From Alphaproteobacteria bacterium (GTDB taxonomy: Bacteria > Pseudomonadota > Alphaproteobacteria > Rhizobiales > JAJRRF01), in assembly GCA_024279735.1 (NCBI GenBank), contig JAJRRF010000181.1:1-40890 (forward strand): a DNA stretch of 40,890 nt. Reading direction: 5' to 3'. Below are positions 9,692 through 17,844 of this stretch, in pieces. A program made the position numbers and the translations under genes. Each line of letters opens with the position of its first letter. Positions within the stretch are counted from its first letter, which is position 1. The notes below the pieces were generated by a model that was not told the DNA's origin, did not search any database, and saw nothing but the letters and a program-made list of their open reading frames with translations.

Positions 9692-11194
9692 ATGACAAAA
9701 CCAGTAACCGTGACCTTTGACGACATTCCTAAAAACCCTACAGGAACAATTGCAGGCCTGTGTTTCCCCAAGACGGTCTTGGGGGACAGCATGGCGGCAC
9801 TGGACGACCAGTCTGGCGGCACTGTCAAGCGGGCAGCCACTGTTGAAGACTTTGAGGGCAAAAAAGGGACATCCCTGAAGCTCGTGACACCTTCAGGGCT
9901 TGAGAAGGTCAACAGCCTGACATTGCTGGGAACAGGTGATAGCAAAAGCCATGATAAAAAGGACTGGCTTCTGCTTGGCGGCAAATTCTATTCCCTGATC
10001 GGAAAAGGTGACAAGGGTCATGGCACACTTATCCTTGAACCTGGCAGCGACGGCACGCCTGATAACGGGGCTATTGTCCAAATCGCACTGGGCTTGATAC
10101 TGGCCAGCTACAAATTTGATAAATACAAGACAAAAAAAACCAAGGGTTCAGCCAAGTCCCTGACAAAAATTACGGTTTTCTGCACTGATCCCAAAGGGTG
10201 TAAAAAATTGTTCAAGGCGCAAAAGGCTCTTTCCGAAGGTATCATGACAGCCCGTGACCTCGTCAATGAGCCAGCAAATATCCTTGGGCCTGAAGAATTT
10301 GCCAAACGGATTGAGGCCTTGGAAAAGACTGGCCTGGAAGTTGAGATCCTCTCTGAGAAAGATATGGAAAAACTTGGGATGTTCGCCTTGCTGGGTGTCG
10401 GTATGGGCAGTGAGCAAAACAGCTCCCTTGCCATCATGCGCTGGAATGGTAATCCCAAAAAGAAAACCAAGCCACTGGCGTTTGTTGGTAAAGGCGTGAC
10501 CTTTGATACCGGCGGTATCTCTATCAAGCCATCTGCCAATATGGGTGACATGAAAGGAGATATGGGCGGCGCAGCCTGTGTTACTGGGCTAATGCAGACC
10601 CTGGCACTCCGTAAGGCCAAGGTCAATGCGATTGGTGTTGTCGGGCTTGTTGAGAATATGCCAGCCCATAATGCTCAGCGGCCTGGTGATATTGTCACCT
10701 CCATGTCTGGCCAGACCATTGAGGTTTTGAACACCGATGCCGAGGGTCGTCTCGTTCTGGCTGACGCGCTCTGGTACACACAGGACCGCTTCAAGCCTGA
10801 GTTCATGGTCAACCTGGCGACCCTGACAGGTGCGATTATGGTCGCGCTTGGTAAGGAACATGCGGGGCTATTTTCCAACAGTGATGACCTGAGTGAGAAA
10901 TTGCTAGAATGCGGCCTGAAGACAGATGAAAAGCTGTGGCGGATGCCTTTGTCTGACAAATATGACAAGCTGATCAATACCAAGAATGCTGATATGAAGA
11001 ATATTGGCGGCCCATATGCTGGCTCGATTACCGCTGGCCAGTTCCTGCAACGCTATGTCAATGACACGCCCTGGGCGCATCTTGATATTGCTGGTACTGC
11101 AATGGGTTCACCGCAAACTGACATTAACAGAGGCTGGAGCAGCGGCTTTGGTGTCCAGTTGCTCAACCAGCTGGTGGTGGATCATTATGAATAA
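9692..11194 (+). CDS. pepA: Leucyl aminopeptidase PepA (M17)
   Basis: VGKGVTFDTGG, MKGDMGGAA, NTDAEGRLVLAD, ATLTGA, WAHLDIAG; RBS GGAGAG. Confidence 0.97.
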   Translation: MTKPVTVTFDDIPKNPTGTIAGLCFPKTVLGDSMAALDDQSGGTVKRAATVEDFEGKKGTSLKLVTPSGLEKVNSLTLLGTGDSKSHDKKDWLLLGGKFYSLIGKGDKGHGTLILEPGSDGTPDNGAIVQIALGLILASYKFDKYKTKKTKGSAKSLTKITVFCTDPKGCKKLFKAQKALSEGIMTARDLVNEPANILGPEEFAKRIEALEKTGLEVEILSEKDMEKLGMFALLGVGMGSEQNSSLAIMRWNGNPKKKTKPLAFVGKGVTFDTGGISIKPSANMGDMKGDMGGAACVTGLMQTLALRKAKVNAIGVVGLVENMPAHNAQRPGDIVTSMSGQTIEVLNTDAEGRLVLADALWYTQDRFKPEFMVNLATLTGAIMVALGKEHAGLFSNSDDLSEKLLECGLKTDEKLWRMPLSDKYDKLINTKNADMKNIGGPYAGSITAGQFLQRYVNDTPWAHLDIAGTAMGSPQTDINRGWSSGFGVQLLNQLVVDHYE

Positions 11195-11344
11195 CTGGTG
11201 TTACGCAAATTTCAAACGATCGTGCAAAACTTGCTTCTCAGATGGAAATACGAAGCGAAAGCGAAGTCAAAGGGCAACGCCCCATCACTAAAGCAGGCCG
11301 CCTTGTAGCGCGAGGCTGCGTGCCTTTGGAATCCGTAACATCAA
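11195..11344. repeat. About 150-bp MITE-like element with degenerate terminal inverted repeats
   Basis: Left CTGGTGTTACGCAAATTTCAAA versus reverse complement of right end TTGATGTTACGGATTCCAAA; internal GC-rich hairpins; begins immediately after the pepA stop. Confidence 0.5.
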
Positions 11345-11465
11345 TGAATAAGTCCTGAGGACTTGCTCCTGTGTTGGTCAATGGTTCTGTCATTGGCCAA
11401 CAAACATGGCCATTCCATCAGCCATATCATCCTGAAAAGCCCCATAAACTGTAGACCGCATAAAA

Positions 11466-11493
11466 GTTTTCCATAATATCTATTATGCGAACA
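11466..11493 (-). other. dif: XerC/XerD chromosome dimer resolution site (dif)
   Basis: The minus strand reads TGTTCGCATAA-TAGATA-TTATGGAAAAC, an 11-6-11 architecture with the GCATAA/TTATG core and an alphaproteobacterial-type TTATGGAA XerD arm. It is intergenic between convergent genes, and KOPS to its right point toward it. Confidence 0.85.
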
Positions 11494-11575
11494 GACACTG
11501 TAGCAGCAAGTTAGAAATGTCTCACATTCTGACGGATATTCAGGCGGTGTTTGACACCTCCTTTTTAGGGATGCC

Positions 11576-13168
11576 CTACTCTTCTTCAACTGGCTTGTCT
11601 GGGACGCGGTAAACCACCTTACGCATCAGGCTGGCGCAACGCTCGCGGGTCGCCTGTTCCAAAGCTAGTCCAGGACGGCAGTCCTTGGTCAGGAAGCGTT
11701 CCAGGTCGCCAATGCGTCCGCCCTGTTCATCCGCCACTTCACCCAACACATCCTGGGTCTTGGTACTGTCCATCCGAGCCAACACATCCTCATGCAAATA
11801 GGTCATGGCAATTTGGGAGGGGTTGGAAAGTTGCTGCACCCTATCAAAGTCCTGCTTCCACAGATAGATTGCCCCAGCAATGCCAAGGATAGAAATCACT
11901 GGAACGGTAATGCTGGTAAAGCGCAGGAACGGAGATGGCCGCCATTCAGGGTCAAGATCACGGCTCAGTTTGCGCTTATAGGCACGCAGGGAAGGCCGCA
12001 GCACTTTACGGGCAAACAGTTCCATCAGCAAAGGCACAAACAAAAGCAGTGAAGTCCAGAACATGCTGGCAGTCTTGTAACCATATTTGGTGGCGCGGAC
12101 AATTGGCTTGGCCACTTTCATGATCTTGAACATACGCGGTCCAAAAATATGGAACAATGCAGGAGTTCTCTTGCCAAAAATCTTGGTCAACCGCTGTGCC
12201 TTGGCCAGCTTGGCTGTGGTGCCAACATATTTCAGGATGCGGTAGGCCTCTGTAAAGGATGTACCAGCCCTGATGGCCTTGACCTGGCCAAACATTTTGG
12301 TCAGCCGCTTTGAACTGCCAACCCGCAAAAATTTGGTGGGCTGCTTGAAAATGGCCTTGGCTTCCTTGAACGACATTTTTGCCAGTGACTTTTTCAGCAG
12401 CGGAATATCGACAGCTTTCTTGACCAGGGGCTTGACCAGACGGGCAAACTTGTGTCCCTTCTTGCCTGTCTTGACCACCTGCTTGGCAATCGACGCGCCG
12501 CCCGCCGCCGCTGGGTTGGCGGTAAACACACTGATGGCCGTGGCCCCGACCCCGAATAGCGACAGCCCGACAATCACATCATCCACTTCCTTGCCCTTTG
12601 ACCAGTTCATGCCTTGATGGGTCAGGTCAGCCACGTCACCCAACACAAACATGTCAGAGGCGGCGTTACAGGCCAGGCCTTCTCCTGTCGAGACATCACG
12701 GGTAAACATAGAGGTCACGCAGTTTTTGGCCATCCGCCAATAGCGGCGCAATGGCTTGTAGGCTTTTTTGAATTTTGCAATCGTTTCAGGCTGTACGCCG
12801 TATTTTTCAGGGTCTTTCCTGACGATCTTATAATAGATATTGGCGCGCTCAAGGTCATCCTGTTCCAAAGCCTGCAAAATTTTGCCGTCAATATTGCCGC
12901 TGATAACAGCCAAGGGCAGTTCCAACAAGATGGTCCGTTTGATGTCTGCATCATTGGGCTGTCCTGAAATCACCACATCCATGGTTCTGGAGGCCAGCAC
13001 ATAATAATAGCCCACCGAGACAAAGGCCGTCAGCACCAGAAAAATCTGTGCCCAACGTACCATAAGCAGCTTGCGCTCAATTTTCTGGACCTTGTTTTGT
13101 GTCAGTTCTGGGGTCATGGTGTGCGCCGATTGGGTTTGGGTCATTATTCCATTGGGGATTGGCAACAA
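11576..13168 (-). CDS. Hypothetical membrane protein (basic central region, several predicted transmembrane segments)
   Basis: 530-aa ORF with an N-terminal TM, a segment LACNAASDMFVLGDVADL...VDDVIVGLSLFGVGATA, and C-terminal TMs; no catalytic motif recognised. Confidence 0.75.
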   Translation of the reverse strand: MLPIPNGIMTQTQSAHTMTPELTQNKVQKIERKLLMVRWAQIFLVLTAFVSVGYYYVLASRTMDVVISGQPNDADIKRTILLELPLAVISGNIDGKILQALEQDDLERANIYYKIVRKDPEKYGVQPETIAKFKKAYKPLRRYWRMAKNCVTSMFTRDVSTGEGLACNAASDMFVLGDVADLTHQGMNWSKGKEVDDVIVGLSLFGVGATAISVFTANPAAAGGASIAKQVVKTGKKGHKFARLVKPLVKKAVDIPLLKKSLAKMSFKEAKAIFKQPTKFLRVGSSKRLTKMFGQVKAIRAGTSFTEAYRILKYVGTTAKLAKAQRLTKIFGKRTPALFHIFGPRMFKIMKVAKPIVRATKYGYKTASMFWTSLLLFVPLLMELFARKVLRPSLRAYKRKLSRDLDPEWRPSPFLRFTSITVPVISILGIAGAIYLWKQDFDRVQQLSNPSQIAMTYLHEDVLARMDSTKTQDVLGEVADEQGGRIGDLERFLTKDCRPGLALEQATRERCASLMRKVVYRVPDKPVEEE

Positions 13169-13374
13169 GGCAACAGCCCCAATGCTATTTCCGCAACCCT
13201 ATACTAGACTCCTTATTATGGCCATAGTGAGAAACCTAACCATTTCAAGGGGGCAATAAAGAGATGAGAGGTTTTGGGAATGAAAGGAGTGTGCAGATAA
13301 TTTCTAATTTTTTGAAAAAATATTTTTCAGCTACTTGAATGTGACAAATTGATGCACTATATTGTAAAATAATA

Positions 13375-13548
13375 GTAACTCCCCAGCTTCTTTTTTCACG
13401 TAAATACGCGGTTTCAAGCGGAATACAGTCTAAAAATCCTGTTTTTTAATGGAAAAATGATCATATTTTAGTGGTTTTAAAAATAAAGATTTATTTTTAT
13501 CCTTATTTATCAATTAGTTAACACACCTAAAACAAGCTGGGGAGTTAC
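13375..13548. mobile_element. About 174-bp AT-rich MITE with GTAAC termini
   Basis: GTAACTCCCCAGCTTCTTTT at the left versus reverse complement GTAACTCCCCAGCTTGTTTT at the right (19/20 match); no clear target-site duplication. Confidence 0.75.
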
Positions 13549-13814
13549 AAAAAGAGAAACATTATTAAACTGGCTATTGCTGCGATTATCACCTGTACAA
13601 TTACCCCGACTGGGGAAAGTGGGTTGCTGACCAGTCCAATAACAAAGAAAAACAGGAAAAAACTGGCATATAGTTTATAGTTTGCCCATGATCTTGGCAT
13701 CATATAGAGACTGAATTTTATGAGGTCAAACAGTGAGAATGGATAAGAAACGTGCATAAACCAGGCTTTCCTGCAAAGGTTAGGGCAATTTATCCCGTAT
13801 ATAAAAACTATCAT
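13545..13814 (-). CDS. Small hydrophobic protein, possibly truncated by the MITE
   Basis: Two hydrophobic stretches; its TAA stop (13545-13547) lies inside the MITE terminal repeat; true start uncertain. Confidence 0.35.
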   Translation of the reverse strand: MIVFIYGINCPNLCRKAWFMHVSYPFSLFDLIKFSLYMMPRSWANYKLYASFFLFFFVIGLVSNPLSPVGVIVQVIIAAIASLIMFLFL

Positions 13815-14275
13815 TTAAATAATGCAACAATGTTCTTTTTAAGGTTTGCCCCCCCAAAAAAAATATCCACAGCCCTGTCCGTGGATAAAAGCACTCTTCT
13901 TGATCGAAGGCCATTGTTAGAAAAGCCTTTCCCCTGCCACAGGTTTTGTGGCAACACCATCCCCTTTAAGCCATTTTCAAAAAGGAGTGTCCATTTTTAT
14001 GCCATAATTAGGCCATAACAGGTCTACACATAAAAGCAAGATGGCAGCCCTGTTCGGGGTTCAGGCCATACAAGTATGTAACACCAATAGAGTTCCTGGC
14101 CCTTTATCTCTGATAATATGGTTGGTGTGTCAAGTACCAGTACAGACTGTTTCCCATACCCGTTGCGTTGTTGTGATACATTCTGCCTTCTCATTGATAT
14201 TCAGGCATACCGCTGCCCAAGGACTGTTTTGCCCTTCTGCGATGGCATGTCACCACTAAAGCCAAAGAGGTCATT

Positions 14276-14725
14276 ATGAAAAGATTTACAGCCCTGCTTA
14301 CACTTGCACTTTCTCTTATCATTCCTGCTGCCTTCGCTCCTGCCAATGCAGGGTCGCCTATGTCAACTGCTTCAATATCATCAAAAACGCAGTCAGCAAC
14401 GTCCCTCCTGACCCTTGCCAAAAAGCATGGAGAGACCCTCGCCCTGACCGAAAAACAAAAGGCCTCGATTGGCCTATGGCTTTCCGAAACTGAAAAACAT
14501 ATGCGTTTCCTGGTTCACAAGACTGCCATTCTTGAAAAAAGCGTTGTCCGCAATGCCCTTAGGGGCAAGGACAAGGCATCCCTCCTGAACAAGATGGAAG
14601 AGACCAATAACCTGCGCAAACAGATCCTCAGCCAAAGGCTTGACTGCCGTGACAACCTGAACAAGATCCTGGACAAGACACAATGGCAGAAACTGGTTGC
14701 ACTCTATAAAACAGAAGTGCAGTAA
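14276..14725 (+). CDS. Spy/CpxP-family (LTXXQ) periplasmic protein
   Basis: Signal peptide; LALTEKQK and LDKTQW motifs flanking a helical body; RBS GAGG. Confidence 0.7.
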   Translation: MKRFTALLTLALSLIIPAAFAPANAGSPMSTASISSKTQSATSLLTLAKKHGETLALTEKQKASIGLWLSETEKHMRFLVHKTAILEKSVVRNALRGKDKASLLNKMEETNNLRKQILSQRLDCRDNLNKILDKTQWQKLVALYKTEVQ

Positions 14726-14820
14726 TCATCGGTTCAAAGATGCTACCTTTTGGGGACAGGTGAAATCCAGGTTTCCATAAGGCTTGCCTTGAAACAAAAA
14801 ACTTCAATGCAGCCTTTGCA

Positions 14821-14850
14821 GCCAGGACATCTGTTGTCCTGGCCTTTTTT
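14821..14850 (+). terminator. Rho-independent terminator
   Basis: GCCAGGACA-TCTGT-TGTCCTGGC stem followed by CTTTTTT. Confidence 0.75.
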
Positions 14851-15136
14851 ATGTCAGAAAATCCAGGTTTGACGCAGAAATCCCGAAAACAAGATCTGCC
14901 CCAAAAATATCCACACCCGTCCTCAGTCCCAAAACCCTGCCAAAGCTCTGTCCGTGGATAAAGCCACTATCTTTGTGCAATGCCATTGAACTACCTCTGC
15001 CTTGCTCTATGGTAGGCCGCAAGGATAGTACGGGTTATACCAAACCACATATGGGATCTTGTTTTCAGAGGGAAGCTTTTTGTAACGCAAATACATGGAT
15101 AAGTAACTTGACAACTTATTGAAAATAAATATTTTT

Positions 15137-15254
15137 TGTCATCCTGAACTTAGTTCAGGATCCATAATCCCAGAGCCTAGTTATTGTAAAGCAGAAACTG
15201 GACAAAAGATTTGACATTTGTGGTTATGGATTGCGGATCAAGTCCACAATGACA
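15137..15254. repeat. REP/RPE-like palindromic element (TGTCAT...ATGACA)
   Basis: TGTCATCCTGAACTTAGTTCAGGATCCATAA ... TTATGGATTGCGGATCAAGTCCACAATGACA; related half-copies at 17653 and 40719. Confidence 0.75.
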
Positions 15255-15414
15255 AGAAGAAAGTCGTTGCCTTATGTGATTTAGAAATACCCGTTCGCAA
15301 AAGGAGTCTCACTTTCAAAATGGAGGTAATCCTGATGGGCAGAGTTGTTTCAACATTTCTAAACGTCTCTCCTTTTGTGAATTAATATAATATTATGAGG
15401 GACAGGGGCAAAAA

Positions 15415-17238
15415 ATGCAGCGGGCACAGGAAATATTGGAAAAGACATTTGGCTATGATGCCTTTCGTTTTGACCAGGCAGACATTATCAAGACCCTGAT
15501 TGACGGTGGGGATGTTTTGGCCCTGATGCCGACTGGCGGCGGCAAGTCCCTAACCTACCAAATACCTGCCCTGGTGCGCAAGGGCTGCGCCATTGTGGTC
15601 TCCCCGCTAATTGCCCTGATGCAGGACCAGGTGGCTGCCCTGAAACAGGTCGGCGTGAAGGCTGCCTTCCTCAACTCCACCCTGAGCCAGGAACAAGGTT
15701 TTGAGGTGTTGCAAAATTTGCGCGACGGCAAACTTGACCTGCTCTATATTGCGCCAGAGCGGCTGGTCAATGACTATATGCTTGACCAATTGCGCTACGC
15801 CGACCTGTCACTGTTCGCGATAGATGAGGCGCATTGTGTGTCGCAATGGGGGCATGACTTCCGCCCTGAATATCGCCGCCTGTCTGTGCTGCATGACCAT
15901 TTCCCCGATGTGCCGCGCATTGCGGTCACCGCCACCGCAGATGAGCGCACCCGTGAAGAGATTATCCAGCAACTTGCCCTGGGACAGGCAAAAACCTTTA
16001 TCTCCAGCTTTGACCGCCCCAATATTCGCTACACCATTACTGAAGGCAATGGTGGCCGCAATGCCCTGGCCAAGTTTATCGAGAGTGAGCACCAGGGCGA
16101 TGCGGGCATTGTCTATTGCCTGTCACGCAAAAAGGTCGAAGAGACTGCCAGCTGGCTCAGCAAACAGGGCCATAACGCCTTGCCCTATCATGCTGGGCTT
16201 GACCCGCAGGTGCGCCAGGATGCCCAGGAACGTTTCTTGCGTGAGGATGGCATAATCATCTGCGCCACCATTGCCTTTGGCATGGGAATCGACAAGCCAG
16301 ATGTGCGTTTTGTTGCCCATATGAATTTACCCAAATCGATTGAGTCCTATTATCAGGAGACAGGCCGCGCTGGACGTGACGGCCTGCCAGCCAATGTCTG
16401 GATGTCTTACGGCCTGCAAGATGTTATCCAGCTCCGCAGCTGGGTCGAGGACAGTGATGCGGGCGAGGAACATAAGCGGGTACAGGCACATAAACTGGAC
16501 GCGCTGCTGGGGCTGTGTGAACAGTCAGACTGCCGCCGCATTGCCCTGCTTGGCTATTTTGGCGAGACCCTGGAAGAACCATGCGGTAACTGTGACAATT
16601 GTCTTAGCCCACCGGAAATGTATGACGGCACAGTTGATGCACAAAAATTGCTCTCTACCGTCTACCGCACCGGACAGATGTTTGGTGTTGGCTATCTGGT
16701 GGATATTCTCAAGGGCAAGGAAGATGACCGTATCAAGCGCAATGGCCATGACCAGCTCAAGGTTTTTGGCATGGGAGATGACAAGACCAACCCGCAATGG
16801 AGCCGCATTGTCCGCCAGCTGGTGGCCGGGGGTTATGTCTATGCCGATGTCGAGAGTTATGGCGCGATCAAGCTGACTGACAAGTGCCGCCCTGTCCTGC
16901 GCGGTGAACAGACCCTGATGCTCCGCATTCCGGTCAAGGCCAAGCTGTCCCCTGCCAGGAAGCGCAAGTCCAACCGTCCTGTCTTCAACCTGTCTGAAAC
17001 CGACAAGCCGCTTTATGACGCACTGAAAACTTTGCGCACCAACCTGTCCAAGGCCGGCAATGTGCCGCCCTATGTGATTTTCGGCGATGCCACCTTGGAA
17101 GAACTGATTACCTTCCGCCCCGACACAGGCGACGCGCTGCTGATGATTACCGGCATCGGCGAAACCAAGCGCGACCGCTACGGCAAGATGCTGCTAGAAG
17201 TCATCGCCCAACACCCCAAAGTAGAGGCCGCCGAGTAA
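15415..17238 (+). CDS. recQ: ATP-dependent DNA helicase RecQ
   Basis: [40 protein letters not shown]...CGNCDNC Zn site, RQC and C-terminal HRDC domains. Confidence 0.97.
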   Translation: MQRAQEILEKTFGYDAFRFDQADIIKTLIDGGDVLALMPTGGGKSLTYQIPALVRKGCAIVVSPLIALMQDQVAALKQVGVKAAFLNSTLSQEQGFEVLQNLRDGKLDLLYIAPERLVNDYMLDQLRYADLSLFAIDEAHCVSQWGHDFRPEYRRLSVLHDHFPDVPRIAVTATADERTREEIIQQLALGQAKTFISSFDRPNIRYTITEGNGGRNALAKFIESEHQGDAGIVYCLSRKKVEETASWLSKQGHNALPYHAGLDPQVRQDAQERFLREDGIIICATIAFGMGIDKPDVRFVAHMNLPKSIESYYQETGRAGRDGLPANVWMSYGLQDVIQLRSWVEDSDAGEEHKRVQAHKLDALLGLCEQSDCRRIALLGYFGETLEEPCGNCDNCLSPPEMYDGTVDAQKLLSTVYRTGQMFGVGYLVDILKGKEDDRIKRNGHDQLKVFGMGDDKTNPQWSRIVRQLVAGGYVYADVESYGAIKLTDKCRPVLRGEQTLMLRIPVKAKLSPARKRKSNRPVFNLSETDKPLYDALKTLRTNLSKAGNVPPYVIFGDATLEELITFRPDTGDALLMITGIGETKRDRYGKMLLEVIAQHPKVEAAE

Positions 17239-17260
17239 CCCACATAGTGGGTTTTGTTTT
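17237..17260 (+). terminator. Probable recQ terminator
   Basis: AACCCAC-ATA-GTGGGTT hairpin followed by a T-rich tract. Confidence 0.5.
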
Positions 17261-17351
17261 GGGTGCGGTGGGGTTGTTTGGGGATAAAGCCTCTTAAATT
17301 AAGACCTGAATACATAGGAACAGACCCAGATTTCAGAGAAAGTAAGAAATA

Positions 17352-17600
17352 ATGAACTATACCTCCCCCCATTTATGCTTGATGCTTTCCATTGTCCATT
17401 CTGCGGAACATATTCTCACATGTCTTGGCAACCCTTATTTTACCCAGGACAAATGATGGGCTCTGGAAGGTCTCAATACTTATTAGCTCAATGTGCTAAA
17501 TGTAGCAAAGAAGGCTTGTGGCAAGAAGGAAGAACAGAAGCTCTTGAAGATAGGCACGGCACTTTATTATTTCCAGACAATGGCTCTGCACCTTTACCAG
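17352..17600 (+). pseudogene. Remnant of a Zn-ribbon/DUF4145-like gene (frameshift near start, C-terminal domain lost)
   Basis: ATG at 17352 (MNYTSP) is out of frame, across a C-run, with FMLDAFHCPFCGTYSHMSW...CAKC...LLFPDNGSAPLPE. This N-terminus resembles DUF4145 proteins. The sequence then runs into a REP-like repeat. Confidence 0.55.
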
Positions 17601-17652
17601 AAATAGTGCTGAACAAAAAGATGCCAAATCAAAGAAACAATCCCCCTAACCC

Positions 17653-17692
17653 TGTCATCCCAAGACGCAAGATCTTGGGATCCACGCCGTGA
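17653..17692. repeat. REP-like half element
   Basis: TGTCATCCCAAGA-CGCAAGA-TCTTGGGATCC hairpin with the same TGTCATCC...GGATCC frame as 15137. Confidence 0.55.
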
Positions 17693-17741
17693 ACCCTCTG
17701 CCAGAGACAACCAGCCAGTGTTATAAGGACAACGCCTTCAG

Positions 17742-17843
17742 AAAAATGCATTTAATCCCGATCATTTTTTGCTCCAGAGTCCTTATGGGTTGCATAGTTT
17801 AACCAGACAAGCCCTAGGCGACTTGTCTTCATTATGCTCCCAG
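17742..17843. repeat. Copy 2 of the 4631-4736 miniature element (left terminus missing)
   Basis: AAAATGCATTTAATCCCGATCATTTTTT(G/A)CTCCAGAGTCC...GACTTGTCTTCATTATGCTC shared with copy 1. Confidence 0.8.
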
Positions 17844-17844
17844 G

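Noticed and set aside
11195-11344. Possible integron attC site
   Set aside because: The core motifs are in the wrong order (GTT first, AAC last), and there is no cassette array or integrase.
11341-11589. 82-aa minus-strand ORF
   Set aside because: It spans the dif site and has no protein-like features; probably non-coding.
13752-14259. Short + strand ORFs 13752-14018 and 14041-14259
   Set aside because: No RBS or family features, and the first overlaps repeat motifs; probably spurious.
13863-14961. Replication origin suggested by DnaA-like boxes
   Set aside because: There are few imperfect boxes, no hemE/dnaA/parAB context, and the region is adjacent to dif. Kept only as a motif finding.
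15280-15368. TTTAGAAAT/ATTTCTAAA inverted repeat enclosing GGAGG+ATG (16-codon ORF), possible IS remnant
   Set aside because: Only a 9-bp AT-rich match with no target duplication; insufficient support.
15255-15414. Alphaproteobacterial LexA box (GTTC-N7-GTTC) upstream of recQ
   Set aside because: No match found by eye.
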